A DNA stretch of 63,864 nucleotides, filler included, from an uncultured Methanosarcinales archaeon (GCA_964434475.1; 5 parts of 5 records of this genome joined end to end with filler, not necessarily neighbours in it), one strand, 5' to 3'. Positions 1 to 11,165 are shown, counted from the first letter of the whole stretch. The notes: generated from the letters alone by a model not told the origin. Made by a program: numbers and translations.

Positions 1-63
1 TGTACTGGAGAATATAGATGCGATGATTTCAAGAATTATTAGCTATGCACATACAATTTAACA
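1..63. mobile_element. Probable right end of IS-like element A (ends ...AATTTAACA), followed by ATAAT candidate target duplication
   Basis: Reverse complement TGTTAAATTGTAT resembles the element A terminus TGTGAAATTCGAT; an open frame ends inside it (VLENIDAMISRIISYAHTI*); lies at a contig end. Confidence 0.45.
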
Positions 64-111
64 ATAATTTTATATACTAAATATCAGATTTCTCTTGTAA
101 GGTGAATATTT

Positions 112-1809
112 ATGAGGACTCATAATTGCGGTGAACTTACTAAAACAAATATAGGAAAAAATGTTAAATTGTGCGGGTGGATTGATTCAATAAGAACCCA
201 TGGCGGCGTAAATTTTGTCTCTTTAAGGGATAGGTATGGCATAACGCAGATTGTACTTGATGATGTTTCTGAACTTAAGAATGAATATGTGATAAAAGTA
301 GAAGGAAATGTAAGATCAAGACCAAGCTCTAATAAGAATATTTCAACTGGAGAGATTGAAGTCGAAGCAAAAAAATTGATCGTTTTGAATAAGGCAGAGC
401 CTTTGCCTTTGGATATCTCTGGAAAGATCGAAAGCACAGATGAGACTAGGTTGAAGTATAGGTATCTGGATCTGAGAAATCCTGCTCATAACAAATATTT
501 AGTATTTAGGCACAAGGTTGTTACAGCATTTAGGGAATTTCTGAATAAAAATAGCTTTGTTGAGATAGAAACACCTTTATTAGTTAAATCAACGCCAGAA
601 GGTGCTAGGGATTATGTTGTTCCAAGTAGAGTAAATCAAGGCACAGTGTATGCATTACCTCAATCTCCTCAATTGTATAAGCAGATATTGATGATCGCTG
701 GAATGGACAGGTATTATCAGGTTGCACGTTGCTTGAGAGATGAAGATCTAAGAGCTGATAGGCAGCCTGAACATACTCAGGTTGACTTGGAGATGAGTTT
801 TGTAACAAGTGATGATGTAAGAGCAATGATAGAAAATCTGTTTAAGTATATATTTAAGAAAACAATGAATATTAAGCTTGATGATTTTCCTGTGTTTACA
901 TATGATGAAGCTATGGTAAAATATGGTACTGATAAGCCTGATATTAGGTTTGAATTATTCTTACAAGATGTATCTGACTTAGTTAAGGATTGCGGATTTA
1001 ATGTGTTCGCTAAAGCAGAGCATGTTGTTGCTTTGGTTGTAGATAAAGATTTTTCTAGAAAAGAGATTGAAAAGCTGGAGAAAGTTGCTAAACTATACAA
1101 AGCAAAAGGATTGGCTTGGGTTAAAGTAATTGGCAAGAAGTTTGATGGCGGAGTAAGTAAATTTTTGGATGATAAAGTTCAGAATAATCTTGTTAATAAT
1201 TTAAAATTGAAAGATGGACAAACTGTATTATTTGTTGCTGATAAGAAAAAATTAGCTCAAACTGCACTTGGACAAGTAAGGATTGCTTTGCGTGATAAAC
1301 TTGAATTAGTTAATCCTAGTGAATTTAAGTTAGCATGGGTCAAGGATTTTCCTTTGTTTGCATATAATGACGAAGAAAAAAGGTGGGAGCCAGAGCATCA
1401 TATGTTTTCAATGCCAAAGCCTGAGTTTGTAGATGATTTTGAGAAACGTCCAGGAGAAGTTTTAGGAGACTTGTGGGATTTAACTATGAACGGTTGGGAG
1501 ATGTCTTCTGGTTCTATTAGGGTGAGTAATCCAGATGTTCAGAAAAGGATAATGCAATTTATTGGATTTGATGAAAAAGAAGCTATGAAAAAGTTTGGAT
1601 TTTTATTGGAAGCGTATAAATATGGCGGACCTGTGCATGGCGGAATGGGTATTGGTGTTGATAGGTTAGTTGCATTAATGTTGGAGTTGGCTGATATTCG
1701 AGAAGTAATCGCTTTTCCAAAAAATAAGAATGCGCAATGTCCTATGGACGGAAGTCCTTCGGTTCCAGATAAAAAGCAGTTGGATGAATTGGGTATGAAG
1801 TTTAAGTGA
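112..1809 (+). CDS. aspS: Aspartate--tRNA ligase, bacterial type (GAD insertion)
   Basis: MRTHNCGEL start, LRDRYG, TPEGARDY, ALPQSPQLYKQ, DEDLRADRQPE, HHMFSMP, IREVIAFPK; 565 aa; GGTGA RBS. Confidence 0.97.
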   Translation: MRTHNCGELTKTNIGKNVKLCGWIDSIRTHGGVNFVSLRDRYGITQIVLDDVSELKNEYVIKVEGNVRSRPSSNKNISTGEIEVEAKKLIVLNKAEPLPLDISGKIESTDETRLKYRYLDLRNPAHNKYLVFRHKVVTAFREFLNKNSFVEIETPLLVKSTPEGARDYVVPSRVNQGTVYALPQSPQLYKQILMIAGMDRYYQVARCLRDEDLRADRQPEHTQVDLEMSFVTSDDVRAMIENLFKYIFKKTMNIKLDDFPVFTYDEAMVKYGTDKPDIRFELFLQDVSDLVKDCGFNVFAKAEHVVALVVDKDFSRKEIEKLEKVAKLYKAKGLAWVKVIGKKFDGGVSKFLDDKVQNNLVNNLKLKDGQTVLFVADKKKLAQTALGQVRIALRDKLELVNPSEFKLAWVKDFPLFAYNDEEKRWEPEHHMFSMPKPEFVDDFEKRPGEVLGDLWDLTMNGWEMSSGSIRVSNPDVQKRIMQFIGFDEKEAMKKFGFLLEAYKYGGPVHGGMGIGVDRLVALMLELADIREVIAFPKNKNAQCPMDGSPSVPDKKQLDELGMKFK

Positions 1810-1811
1810 TT

Positions 1812-1907
1812 TTACCACCAACCAAATATCCTTCCAATTATGAAAATAATCAGTATGAAAAATAGTACTATTATTATTTGAGTTGTTTGTGCTCTTTTGT
1901 TTTTCAT
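1812..1907 (-). CDS. 31-aa microprotein with class III (pilin-type) signal peptide
   Basis: Hand-translated MKNKRAQTTQIIIVLFFILIIFIIGRIFGWW*; GAGGTGA RBS; ATGA overlap with the upstream ORF; absent from ORF track. Confidence 0.7.
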   Translation of the reverse strand: MKNKRAQTTQIIIVLFFILIIFIIGRIFGWW

Positions 1908-2107
1908 TTTATGTTCACCTCGTGTTGTATGTAAATTGTAAATATCAAATAAAATGTAATTAGTGATAGCAATACTAACCCTATATTTTTCGCCATTATT
2001 TTCATAAAGTTATCAATCGTCACAAAAAATAATATTGTAATTATTACACTTTGTGCTGTAATTTTCCAAAATTTACTTTTGAATATTATATCTTTTAAAT
2101 TGTCCAT
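1904..2107 (-). CDS. Small two-TM membrane protein
   Basis: 67 aa with two hydrophobic segments; stop overlaps the next start. Confidence 0.6.
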   Translation of the reverse strand: MDNLKDIIFKSKFWKITAQSVIITILFFVTIDNFMKIMAKNIGLVLLSLITFYLIFTIYIQHEVNIK

Positions 2108-2141
2108 TTTAAAATTTGTTATTATATATATTTAAAATTTT

Positions 2142-3269
<1,128 letters not shown>

Positions 3270-3353
3270 TTATTTAAAAAGCTTTAGAATAATATAGATT
3301 TCTCGTAAACTTTAAAAATACTGACTAAATGCTATGATGAAGGTGAAAAAATA

Positions 3354-4652
3354 ATGATCAAAAAGATGTCGATTCAAGAATCTATGGATAAAGGTAAAGG
3401 CGAAGTAACTTTGTATGGTTGGGTTCATAGAGAAAGAGGAAGTAATAAATTAAAATTCATTAATCTAAGAGATTCAACAAACATAATCCAATGTGTAATA
3501 GAAAAAGAAAAAATAGGAGATGAAAAGTTTGAGGTTGCTGACAAGGTCCAGATAGAAGCAGCTATGAAGATAGTTGGCGAGATAAAAAAAGAGCCAAGAG
3601 CTCCGACAGGATATGAACTGCATGTAACTGATCTTGAACTTATTGGAGAAAGCAATGAGTTTCCTATACAAAAGGATTTTTCACCTGATTTTCTTGCTGA
3701 TGTAAGGCATCTTTGGCTTAGAAGTAGAAAAATGACTGCAATGCTTAAGATAAGAAGCACAGTTTTTGGTGCTATAGATGAATATTTTAAGTCAAAAGGA
3801 TTTTATGAGTATCATTCACCTATATTTATGAGCAGTAACTGTGAAGGTGGAAGTACTGTTTTTGAAGTTGATTATTTCGGTAAACCTATGTATCTTGCAC
3901 AAACTTGGCAATTGCATGCCGAGCCTGCTATCTTTGCTCTTGAGAAAATATATACTATAGCTCCTAGCTTTAGGGCTGAAAAAAGCAAAACATCAAGGCA
4001 TTTGACTGAATATTGGCATGCTGAGATGGAGATGGCTTGGTGCGAATTCGAGGATATACAGGATCATGGAGAACAGCTGTTGAAATTTGTACTTAAGAAA
4101 GTTTTGAAAGAACATAAGACTGATCTAGATACTTTAAAGAGAGACTGGAAAAAATTAGAACCTACTGTAAAAAAGCCTTTCATAAGGATGACTTATGATG
4201 AAGCTTTGAAAATATTGAAAGATAAATGCAAGATGGATGTTGAATGGGGTAAAGATTTGAGGACAATAGAGGAAGAAAAGCTTACGAAATTATATGATGT
4301 TCCGATAATAGTAAAAAATTATCCTAAAAAAGTTAAAGCTTTCTATATGAAAGAAGTTGATGATAATAAAGATGTTGTGCAGGGTTGTGATTTTTTGGCA
4401 CCAGAAGGATATGGCGAGATAATCGGCGGTTCACAGCGTGAAGAAGATATTAAAGAGATTAAGAGAAGACTAAAGGAACAAGGCGAAGATGTAAAAGAGT
4501 ATGAGTTTTATCTTGACACCAGAAGATATGGTAGTGTACCGCATGGAGGTTTTGGTCTTGGAGTAGAAAGGATAATTTCATGGATATGCGGTTTTGACAC
4601 TATAAAGGACGCAATACCTTTCCCAAGAACTATGCTTAGGTTTAAGCCATAA
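3354..4652 (+). CDS. asnS: Asparagine--tRNA ligase
   Basis: GWVHRER, PSFRAEKSKTSRHLTEYWHAEME, EIIGGSQRE, RRYGSVPHGGFGLGVER, IPFPR. Confidence 0.93.
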   Translation: MIKKMSIQESMDKGKGEVTLYGWVHRERGSNKLKFINLRDSTNIIQCVIEKEKIGDEKFEVADKVQIEAAMKIVGEIKKEPRAPTGYELHVTDLELIGESNEFPIQKDFSPDFLADVRHLWLRSRKMTAMLKIRSTVFGAIDEYFKSKGFYEYHSPIFMSSNCEGGSTVFEVDYFGKPMYLAQTWQLHAEPAIFALEKIYTIAPSFRAEKSKTSRHLTEYWHAEMEMAWCEFEDIQDHGEQLLKFVLKKVLKEHKTDLDTLKRDWKKLEPTVKKPFIRMTYDEALKILKDKCKMDVEWGKDLRTIEEEKLTKLYDVPIIVKNYPKKVKAFYMKEVDDNKDVVQGCDFLAPEGYGEIIGGSQREEDIKEIKRRLKEQGEDVKEYEFYLDTRRYGSVPHGGFGLGVERIISWICGFDTIKDAIPFPRTMLRFKP

Positions 4653-4685
4653 GCTTTTTATTGTTTTTCTTAATTCTTTATATTT

Positions 4686-6377
4686 ATGGATATTGATAAG
4701 CTGGATTCAAGGTTTGATGAATTGGTGTCTTATATTGGTTATAGAAATAATGCACTGGATTTTCTTGAAAATAGATTAGGATTTAATGTAAATAACTTTT
4801 TTAGGCAAACAGAACGTGATACAAATGTCCCTGAAGAGGTTGTTAAGACATTAGATGATCTTGTTGTTGAAGAACAAGAAAGGGTAGATAAATTAAAGGA
4901 AATAGAAAAAGAGTATTCTATGCCTTATGGCTGTGTTTCTGAAACTTTTGAAATTGATGATGATACTATTGATCTACTTAAGAAATTTATGGGATATAGG
5001 ACTACAGAGGTAATTGTAGATAATTTAGATACAAGGAAAAATTTGGTTAGTTCTTGGATTCATAGAAAACAAAAGAATATGCATTACAAGTCTTTGGCTA
5101 TTATCTGCCAGTATATGGATAAAGATATAGATATTGATATAGAACGAAGATATGATGTAGGCTTGTTTAATAAGTTATTCTATAATTATTGTCATAATTC
5201 TGATGATAGTTTATCTCAAAATATAGATGAGTTGAAATCTGTTGCAAATATTAGTGACAGAAGCATAAGAAAGTTGATTAATGCTCATAGGGATGAAAGT
5301 GCTAACTATAAGACTGTATCTGAAGAATTGTGGGATTGGATTGTTGAAAAAAATAAGGACTTAGGTTTTGAAGACATAACTGATATTAAATTAGTTCATT
5401 ATTCGAACCATGGCAATAGCTTTCAAGAGATTGCAAATTTCAGAAAAAAGTATTATTTTTGCTCTGTATATGAGAATAAAAATTATAAAGAGATACTTTT
5501 AGAGATATTGGACAGGTCAGAAAACAAAAAACTTACTCTTGATGATGTCAAGCTGGGAAGAGTTACAGAGAAAGAGATGAACGCATTAGATGATATGGTG
5601 CATGATGTTATTGAAAAGAATAAAGTATCCTTGTTGAAGAGTTCTCATACCTATCTGACTATCCGGAAAGCAGAAAAAAAATCAGGTTTTTCTAATTCTT
5701 TTATCAGAAAAATTGTAAAAAAAGGGATATTGAAAACAAATTTTGACGAAGATTTTAATGAGGTTTTGCCTTCTTGTGAACTGTATAGATTAAACAGGAT
5801 AAAGGAAGCTGAGAAAACTTATATTAACAATATTATTGAGTTGATAAAAGAAAAACCATACTATTCAAAGAAAGATCTAGTGAGGTTAAGATTAGGCATA
5901 TCTTTAGCAAACGATAATGAACAAGTAAGTTCTGAAAGATTGATAAACTATCTTAACACAAAATATTATCCTTGTTTTGATTCGTATGTTGACTTGGTTG
6001 ATGATAATCATGTCAAGAAAAGATACAGCAGGTATTTAGAACAGTTTGAAATAAAAGCTGCATTGATTAATTATAGGAAAGGAGAAGGAACTATCTTATG
6101 TATAAAATATAAGAAAGGAACTCGATTTTGTGATTTAAGAAGATTCTTGTCAAAGCCGTTTATTGATTATCACTATGGTATTGCTGGAGAACATGCAGGA
6201 AGCGTAAAGAAGGATAAGGATAATTTGTATATAACAAGAGCAGTATTGGACAATTATTTCACTAAAAAGATAATAAAGAGATTCAAGAAATTCAATGTTG
6301 ATGTTCAAAAAGTCAAGCTTTCAAAAAAGTATGATGCGCACAACCAATCAATAGATTGGATAAAGGCGAATATGTGA
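4686..6377 (+). CDS. Hypothetical protein, possibly with multiple HTH-like segments
   Basis: 563-aa ORF; segments such as YLTIRKAEKKSGFSNSFIRKIVKKGIL and ELKSVANISDRSIRKLIN look HTH-like. Confidence 0.7.
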   Translation: MDIDKLDSRFDELVSYIGYRNNALDFLENRLGFNVNNFFRQTERDTNVPEEVVKTLDDLVVEEQERVDKLKEIEKEYSMPYGCVSETFEIDDDTIDLLKKFMGYRTTEVIVDNLDTRKNLVSSWIHRKQKNMHYKSLAIICQYMDKDIDIDIERRYDVGLFNKLFYNYCHNSDDSLSQNIDELKSVANISDRSIRKLINAHRDESANYKTVSEELWDWIVEKNKDLGFEDITDIKLVHYSNHGNSFQEIANFRKKYYFCSVYENKNYKEILLEILDRSENKKLTLDDVKLGRVTEKEMNALDDMVHDVIEKNKVSLLKSSHTYLTIRKAEKKSGFSNSFIRKIVKKGILKTNFDEDFNEVLPSCELYRLNRIKEAEKTYINNIIELIKEKPYYSKKDLVRLRLGISLANDNEQVSSERLINYLNTKYYPCFDSYVDLVDDNHVKKRYSRYLEQFEIKAALINYRKGEGTILCIKYKKGTRFCDLRRFLSKPFIDYHYGIAGEHAGSVKKDKDNLYITRAVLDNYFTKKIIKRFKKFNVDVQKVKLSKKYDAHNQSIDWIKANM

Positions 6378-6836
6378 TTATCTTTTATTTTTTGTTGGTT
6401 TCTTGCTTGGCTTTTTTTGATTTGATTTTTTTTTGTGATTGGTTTTTTTCTTTATCTGTTTTTTAGGTTTTGATTTTTTTGTTTTACGTATATCTTTTCT
6501 TAATTTCTTATTGTGTATATCATCAAGCATAAACAATATGCCAATAAACAAGCTTGTACCACTCATGAATGTTATTGCCGTGTAACTTACTCTTCCAAAG
6601 CCTATTAACAGATATAATAAAGCAAGTATGATGAATAATATTCCTCCTAATCTCTCTTTTCTCCAAGCGAGTACAGTTAATAATAGTATTATTGTTCCTG
6701 GTATCAAGGAAAGCAAGAAATTGTTTATGTTGAATCCTTCAGCAAATACCTCTAAGACGAACATATATAGGAATACTGTAAATAATATAGCTAATAATCT
6801 TGGTGTCCAGTATAAATAATTTATTTTTTTTCTCAT
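6378..6836 (-). CDS. Four-TM membrane protein with Lys-rich C-terminal tail
   Basis: WTPRLLAILF...LAWRKERLGGILF; basic low-complexity tail. Confidence 0.8.
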   Translation of the reverse strand: MRKKINYLYWTPRLLAILFTVFLYMFVLEVFAEGFNINNFLLSLIPGTIILLLTVLAWRKERLGGILFIILALLYLLIGFGRVSYTAITFMSGTSLFIGILFMLDDIHNKKLRKDIRKTKKSKPKKQIKKKTNHKKKSNQKKPSKKPTKNKR

Positions 6837-6918
6837 TATAGTATGTGGTATATAGTTTAGTATATAATCCTTTCTTTTTCAGTAATATATAAAAAGTATC
6901 TTGTCTGAGACTACTTAA

Positions 6919-8658
6919 ATGTTAATATCAGACATCCTTAGGAACAATTTAACAAGCGAATTGATAGAAGGCTATGAATCGAGAAAAGATAAATCAGGAT
7001 TAGTTTGTGAAACAACAAATCCTAGTGATCTGAATGAAAACATAGAAAACCTTAGCAGTGCTTTGTATCATAAGTTAAAGGTAAGAAAAGGGGATAAAGT
7101 GGCAATATTATCTGAAAACAGAAGACAATGGCTTAAGTTTTTTCTTGCTGCTGTGAACATAGGCGCTGTTGCTGTTCCTATAGATATAGACCACGATAAA
7201 GAAAAGGTGCATTATATCTTAGGGCATTCTGAATCAAAAGTTTTGTTGGCATCAAAAAAAGGCTTGACAAAAGGCTGCAAAAATGGAGAGACAAAATTAG
7301 AAGGTACTAGTCTTGAGAGATTGGTATTGCTAGATACTGATGAGATAGATAGAAGAGGAATAAAAGCAAAAAAAATATATGGCTTTGAAGAACTTCTTAA
7401 ACATAAAGAGAAAAAGCATAAGCAGGTTGTTTTTGAAGAAGATTTGGCTATGATCAACTATACTTCTGGTACGTCTGGTTTTCCTAAAGGGGTTATGTTG
7501 AGTCATAAGAACATGATATCCAACATAAAAGGTATTGCTGACAGGATAAATGATATAGGTTCGAATGATAATGTTGCAATAATTCTTCCTTTGCATCATA
7601 CATTTCCTTTGATAGTTGCGCTTACAGCGTTATATAAAGAAGCTTCAGTAACATTAGCAAGCAGCCACAGAAAATTTCCTGATATAATAAAACATACTAA
7701 ACCTACAGTAATGCTGGCAGTTCCTGTTATGCTAGAAAAGATGTATCATAAGATAGATAAGACTATCAAGAAAAAAGGAAAGATTGCAAGTACTTTATTT
7801 AATCTTGCGACAAAAAATAGATATACTAGACATTTGGTGAACGATATATATGTCGAATCTTTTTTTCCTGGGTTAAGGTTTATTGTTAGTGGAGGAGCGA
7901 AGCTTGAGCCTGATGTTGTCAAGAATTTCTTAAAGCTAGGTATTTCTGTGATAAATGGTTATGGTGCGACTGAACTGAGTCCAGTAGCAGCTGTTCAGGA
8001 ATATGATTTTGATAAGTTCTTTACTACAGATTATTATTTTGATCATGCTGGCGAAGTTGGAAAGCCGTTGTTCAATGTTGATTGTTTTATAGATGAAGAT
8101 AGTGTGTTATATGTTTCTGGGCCGAATGTTATGCAAGGATATTATAAGGATGAGAAAGTTACAAGAGAAGCGTTTATTACAAAGGATAATAATAAATATT
8201 ACAATACAAAAGATATTGCTGAATTTACAGAAGATGGTGGTCTGCTAATAAAAGGAAGAGCAGATAATGTTATCAATTTAGCCAATGGTGAAAGGATATC
8301 CTCTACTGACATACAAAGAAAAATATTATTGGATAATATGGTGGAGGAAGCATGGGTTTATCAAAGTGAGAATTGCATTAAAGCAGCAGTATATCTTGAT
8401 TATTCTATTCTTAAGAAAAAATACGGCGATGTTTATGATGCTGATATTGAAGAAGCTGCGAAAAAGGTAATTAAGAATGTTAATAGAAAACTAAGCATAA
8501 ATTCTAAGATAAAAGAGTATAGTCTATTAGATACACCTTTGCCAAAAACCTCAAAACTTAGCATCAGATATAAAGAAGTGATGACTCTTGCTGAAAATAA
8601 TGAGTTTTGCTTAAAAACTTTTGTCGAGAATAACGCAAAATATATAAATAAGAGATAA
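6919..8658 (+). CDS. Long-chain acyl-CoA synthetase-like AMP-binding enzyme
   Basis: YTSGTSGFPKGVMLSH, LPLHH, SGGAKL, GYGATELSP, GPNVMQGYY, KGRAD, LPKTSKL. Confidence 0.9.
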   Translation: MLISDILRNNLTSELIEGYESRKDKSGLVCETTNPSDLNENIENLSSALYHKLKVRKGDKVAILSENRRQWLKFFLAAVNIGAVAVPIDIDHDKEKVHYILGHSESKVLLASKKGLTKGCKNGETKLEGTSLERLVLLDTDEIDRRGIKAKKIYGFEELLKHKEKKHKQVVFEEDLAMINYTSGTSGFPKGVMLSHKNMISNIKGIADRINDIGSNDNVAIILPLHHTFPLIVALTALYKEASVTLASSHRKFPDIIKHTKPTVMLAVPVMLEKMYHKIDKTIKKKGKIASTLFNLATKNRYTRHLVNDIYVESFFPGLRFIVSGGAKLEPDVVKNFLKLGISVINGYGATELSPVAAVQEYDFDKFFTTDYYFDHAGEVGKPLFNVDCFIDEDSVLYVSGPNVMQGYYKDEKVTREAFITKDNNKYYNTKDIAEFTEDGGLLIKGRADNVINLANGERISSTDIQRKILLDNMVEEAWVYQSENCIKAAVYLDYSILKKKYGDVYDADIEEAAKKVIKNVNRKLSINSKIKEYSLLDTPLPKTSKLSIRYKEVMTLAENNEFCLKTFVENNAKYINKR

Positions 8659-8670
8659 GCATAAAATACA

Positions 8671-9705
8671 ATGGGAAAGAAAGAAGATATTATTAACTTA
8701 GTAAAAGGAAAGAACGTCTTTATTGGTGCACACTGGGATGCTGATGGTGTTGCTTCAGGAGCTATGATATTTCATATGATAAAGAAGCATGCTAAATCCA
8801 TATCAACAATATCAAAAGGAGACGTTTTTCTAATAAACAAGGAAGATGTTAATGGAGATCCTGATATTATAATATGCGCAGATATACATGCTGGCAGGGA
8901 TCTGGATCCTAAAAAAGTGATTTATATAGATCATCATCCTTCTATGGACCACGATAATTTTCTTTATGTTTTGCATGATGAGTTTATACAAAGCTGCAGT
9001 TTGTTGATATGGCAGGAACTGATGCATGATACAGAAGATCCTTATATGGTCTTTTTGACATTGATGGGTTATTTTGGAGACAATGGCGATAGAGAACAGA
9101 TTCCTTTGGAATTGCATATGAAAGCAAGTGAAATGTTGAAGACAAAAACAAAATTTGGCATCCATGATCTTATGCAGAAAAAGGATTCTTTTTATAGTAA
9201 AGGATACTATTATGAGATAGAAAGGTATGTAAGTGCATTGAACACTGGTAAAAGGATGAACTGGAGCGGAGATATTCCTTTTGAGCTATTGAAACAGATC
9301 GATAATTTTAGGGATTTTATATACAATAATCATCCTTTTGCGCAGCAATTGCAATTATATAGACGAGAATTAAGAGATTATTACAGTATGAAGATAGATG
9401 TTAAGGAGTTGTCCAATCTGCAGTATAGTATGATAAGCTGTGACAAGAATGTTCAAGGCGTATTGTGTGCTAGGTATATGAAAGACAAGCCTATAATAGT
9501 TATGAACAAACTTAATGATAAGATAATAGCAAGTATGAGAGTGCCAGATGAATGTGATTTTGATGCTGGCAAATATTTAGAGGAGTTTTCAAACCATATG
9601 GAGACAGTTGTCGGCGGCGGTCATGAAAAGGCTGGCGGCGTAACATTTGAAGCGCATGAATTGGATACGTTTCTTGAGTTGATGGAGAATTCGAGTTTTA
9701 TTTAA
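8671..9705 (+). CDS. DHH/DHHA1 phosphoesterase (RecJ-like)
   Basis: HWDADG, IDHH, SMR, GGGHEKAGG. Confidence 0.9.
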   Translation: MGKKEDIINLVKGKNVFIGAHWDADGVASGAMIFHMIKKHAKSISTISKGDVFLINKEDVNGDPDIIICADIHAGRDLDPKKVIYIDHHPSMDHDNFLYVLHDEFIQSCSLLIWQELMHDTEDPYMVFLTLMGYFGDNGDREQIPLELHMKASEMLKTKTKFGIHDLMQKKDSFYSKGYYYEIERYVSALNTGKRMNWSGDIPFELLKQIDNFRDFIYNNHPFAQQLQLYRRELRDYYSMKIDVKELSNLQYSMISCDKNVQGVLCARYMKDKPIIVMNKLNDKIIASMRVPDECDFDAGKYLEEFSNHMETVVGGGHEKAGGVTFEAHELDTFLELMENSSFI

Positions 9706-9727
9706 ATATTGGTGCTAGTTCTTTAAT

Positions 9728-10801
9728 TCAATATTCCATCTTCTTATCGTCGAGAAATATGTTTGGTTTGTTGAATACTTGGTCAAGATGTATCAATGTC
9801 TTTATGTCTCCGCCGAACCATGCGTTTGAACCAATGGCTACATGGGCTGTATTATACACTTTTTCATCTATTATTGTTGAGCCTACTAAAGTTGCTCTTG
9901 GATTTATGCCTATGCCTAGCTCTCCGATCAATGCAACATTTTCTGGTTTTTTTGCTCTTTCTTTTGCGTTTTCTATTGTTTTTTCCAATAATCTAGCTTC
10001 TTGCATACCTTCTATTGCAACAACACTTCCTTTTTCTATTCTCAAGGTAACTGGCTCTTTTACTAAGCTAGTACCGTTCATGTGTCTTATTGAAGCGTCT
10101 ATGACAACTTTGCCGTTTACATTATGCTTTCCGTTTGGAGGTATGTATACTTCTCCAGCAGGTATATTCCCGCCTTTGCCAAAACTACTGTAATCAGCAG
10201 CATTAGCTATTGTATCTTTTCCTTTTACATCAATATATAGGTCAGTTCCTAGCTGTGTTGTCACATGTATTTCTTTTGTGCCGTCCATCAGTTCTTTCAT
10301 TTGGTTTGCTTTTTTCTGCAGTTTTGTATAGTCTATATCTATTGAATTTATTACATAAGGATAATATTGTGTTGTTAAATAACCCATGCTCATTGTTGAA
10401 GCAAACCTGTGATTGCTTTTTCTTATGTATTCTCTAAAGCTTAAACTTAGTTCTTTGATACTTCCTAGTTTGTTTGATAATGATAATGCGATTATACTTT
10501 CATCTTTGAGATTATCAAAAGCATTTACGACTGTGTTATCTGCTGTATCTTTTGATGTTTTTACCAATTGTATGATAAGTTCTGACTTTAGTCCTAAATC
10601 TCTTGCTGCAATATAGTAACCAGCAGCCATAAGAGCAGAAATATGGCGGTTATTGAAACCTTGGTCTCCTATGACAAGAACCTTTTCTTTTTCACCACCT
10701 AAGCAATCTTTTAGAACATTCCTAAAATGATGTGCATTGTTTTTCGCTATATCTAAAAGGTTATTTTCTTCAAGCCATTTAATATGTTCTTTTGAATGCA
10801 T
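9728..10801 (-). CDS. Aminopeptidase (thermophilic metalloprotease M29-like)
   Basis: GNIPAGEVY, IGELGIG, DEKVYNTAHVAIG, IHLD. Confidence 0.85.
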   Translation of the reverse strand: MHSKEHIKWLEENNLLDIAKNNAHHFRNVLKDCLGGEKEKVLVIGDQGFNNRHISALMAAGYYIAARDLGLKSELIIQLVKTSKDTADNTVVNAFDNLKDESIIALSLSNKLGSIKELSLSFREYIRKSNHRFASTMSMGYLTTQYYPYVINSIDIDYTKLQKKANQMKELMDGTKEIHVTTQLGTDLYIDVKGKDTIANAADYSSFGKGGNIPAGEVYIPPNGKHNVNGKVVIDASIRHMNGTSLVKEPVTLRIEKGSVVAIEGMQEARLLEKTIENAKERAKKPENVALIGELGIGINPRATLVGSTIIDEKVYNTAHVAIGSNAWFGGDIKTLIHLDQVFNKPNIFLDDKKMEY

Positions 10802-10886
10802 CTTAAAGTATATATAATTAATAATCTAATATATTAATCTTTGGTTTTCAAAAAATTTATAAACATATATATTTTAAGTGATTAAC

Positions 10887-11114
10887 ATGAATGAAAAATT
10901 AAGATCAGACTTAAACATTGCATTGGTTATTGTGCTTATGTTGAGTGTTGCGATAATAGCGAATCATATGGGTGGACAGATAACAGGTGCAACGACTCTA
11001 GATAATGATGAGTGTTTTATATCTCAGGATTGTGATGACGGCAATCCTTGCACTATGGATTCATGTTTTGGTGGAAGCTGTATGCATGAGACAATTGATG
11101 ATTGTAAGAAATAG
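10887..11114 (+). CDS. Small membrane-anchored Cys-rich protein
   Basis: TM helix, ITGAT motif, CDDGNPCTMDSC repeat unit. Confidence 0.75.
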   Translation: MNEKLRSDLNIALVIVLMLSVAIIANHMGGQITGATTLDNDECFISQDCDDGNPCTMDSCFGGSCMHETIDDCKK

Positions 11115-11165
11115 CTATTAGAGTATAATTAATTTTAAAAGCTATTGTTTAGTTCTTTTTATGTT

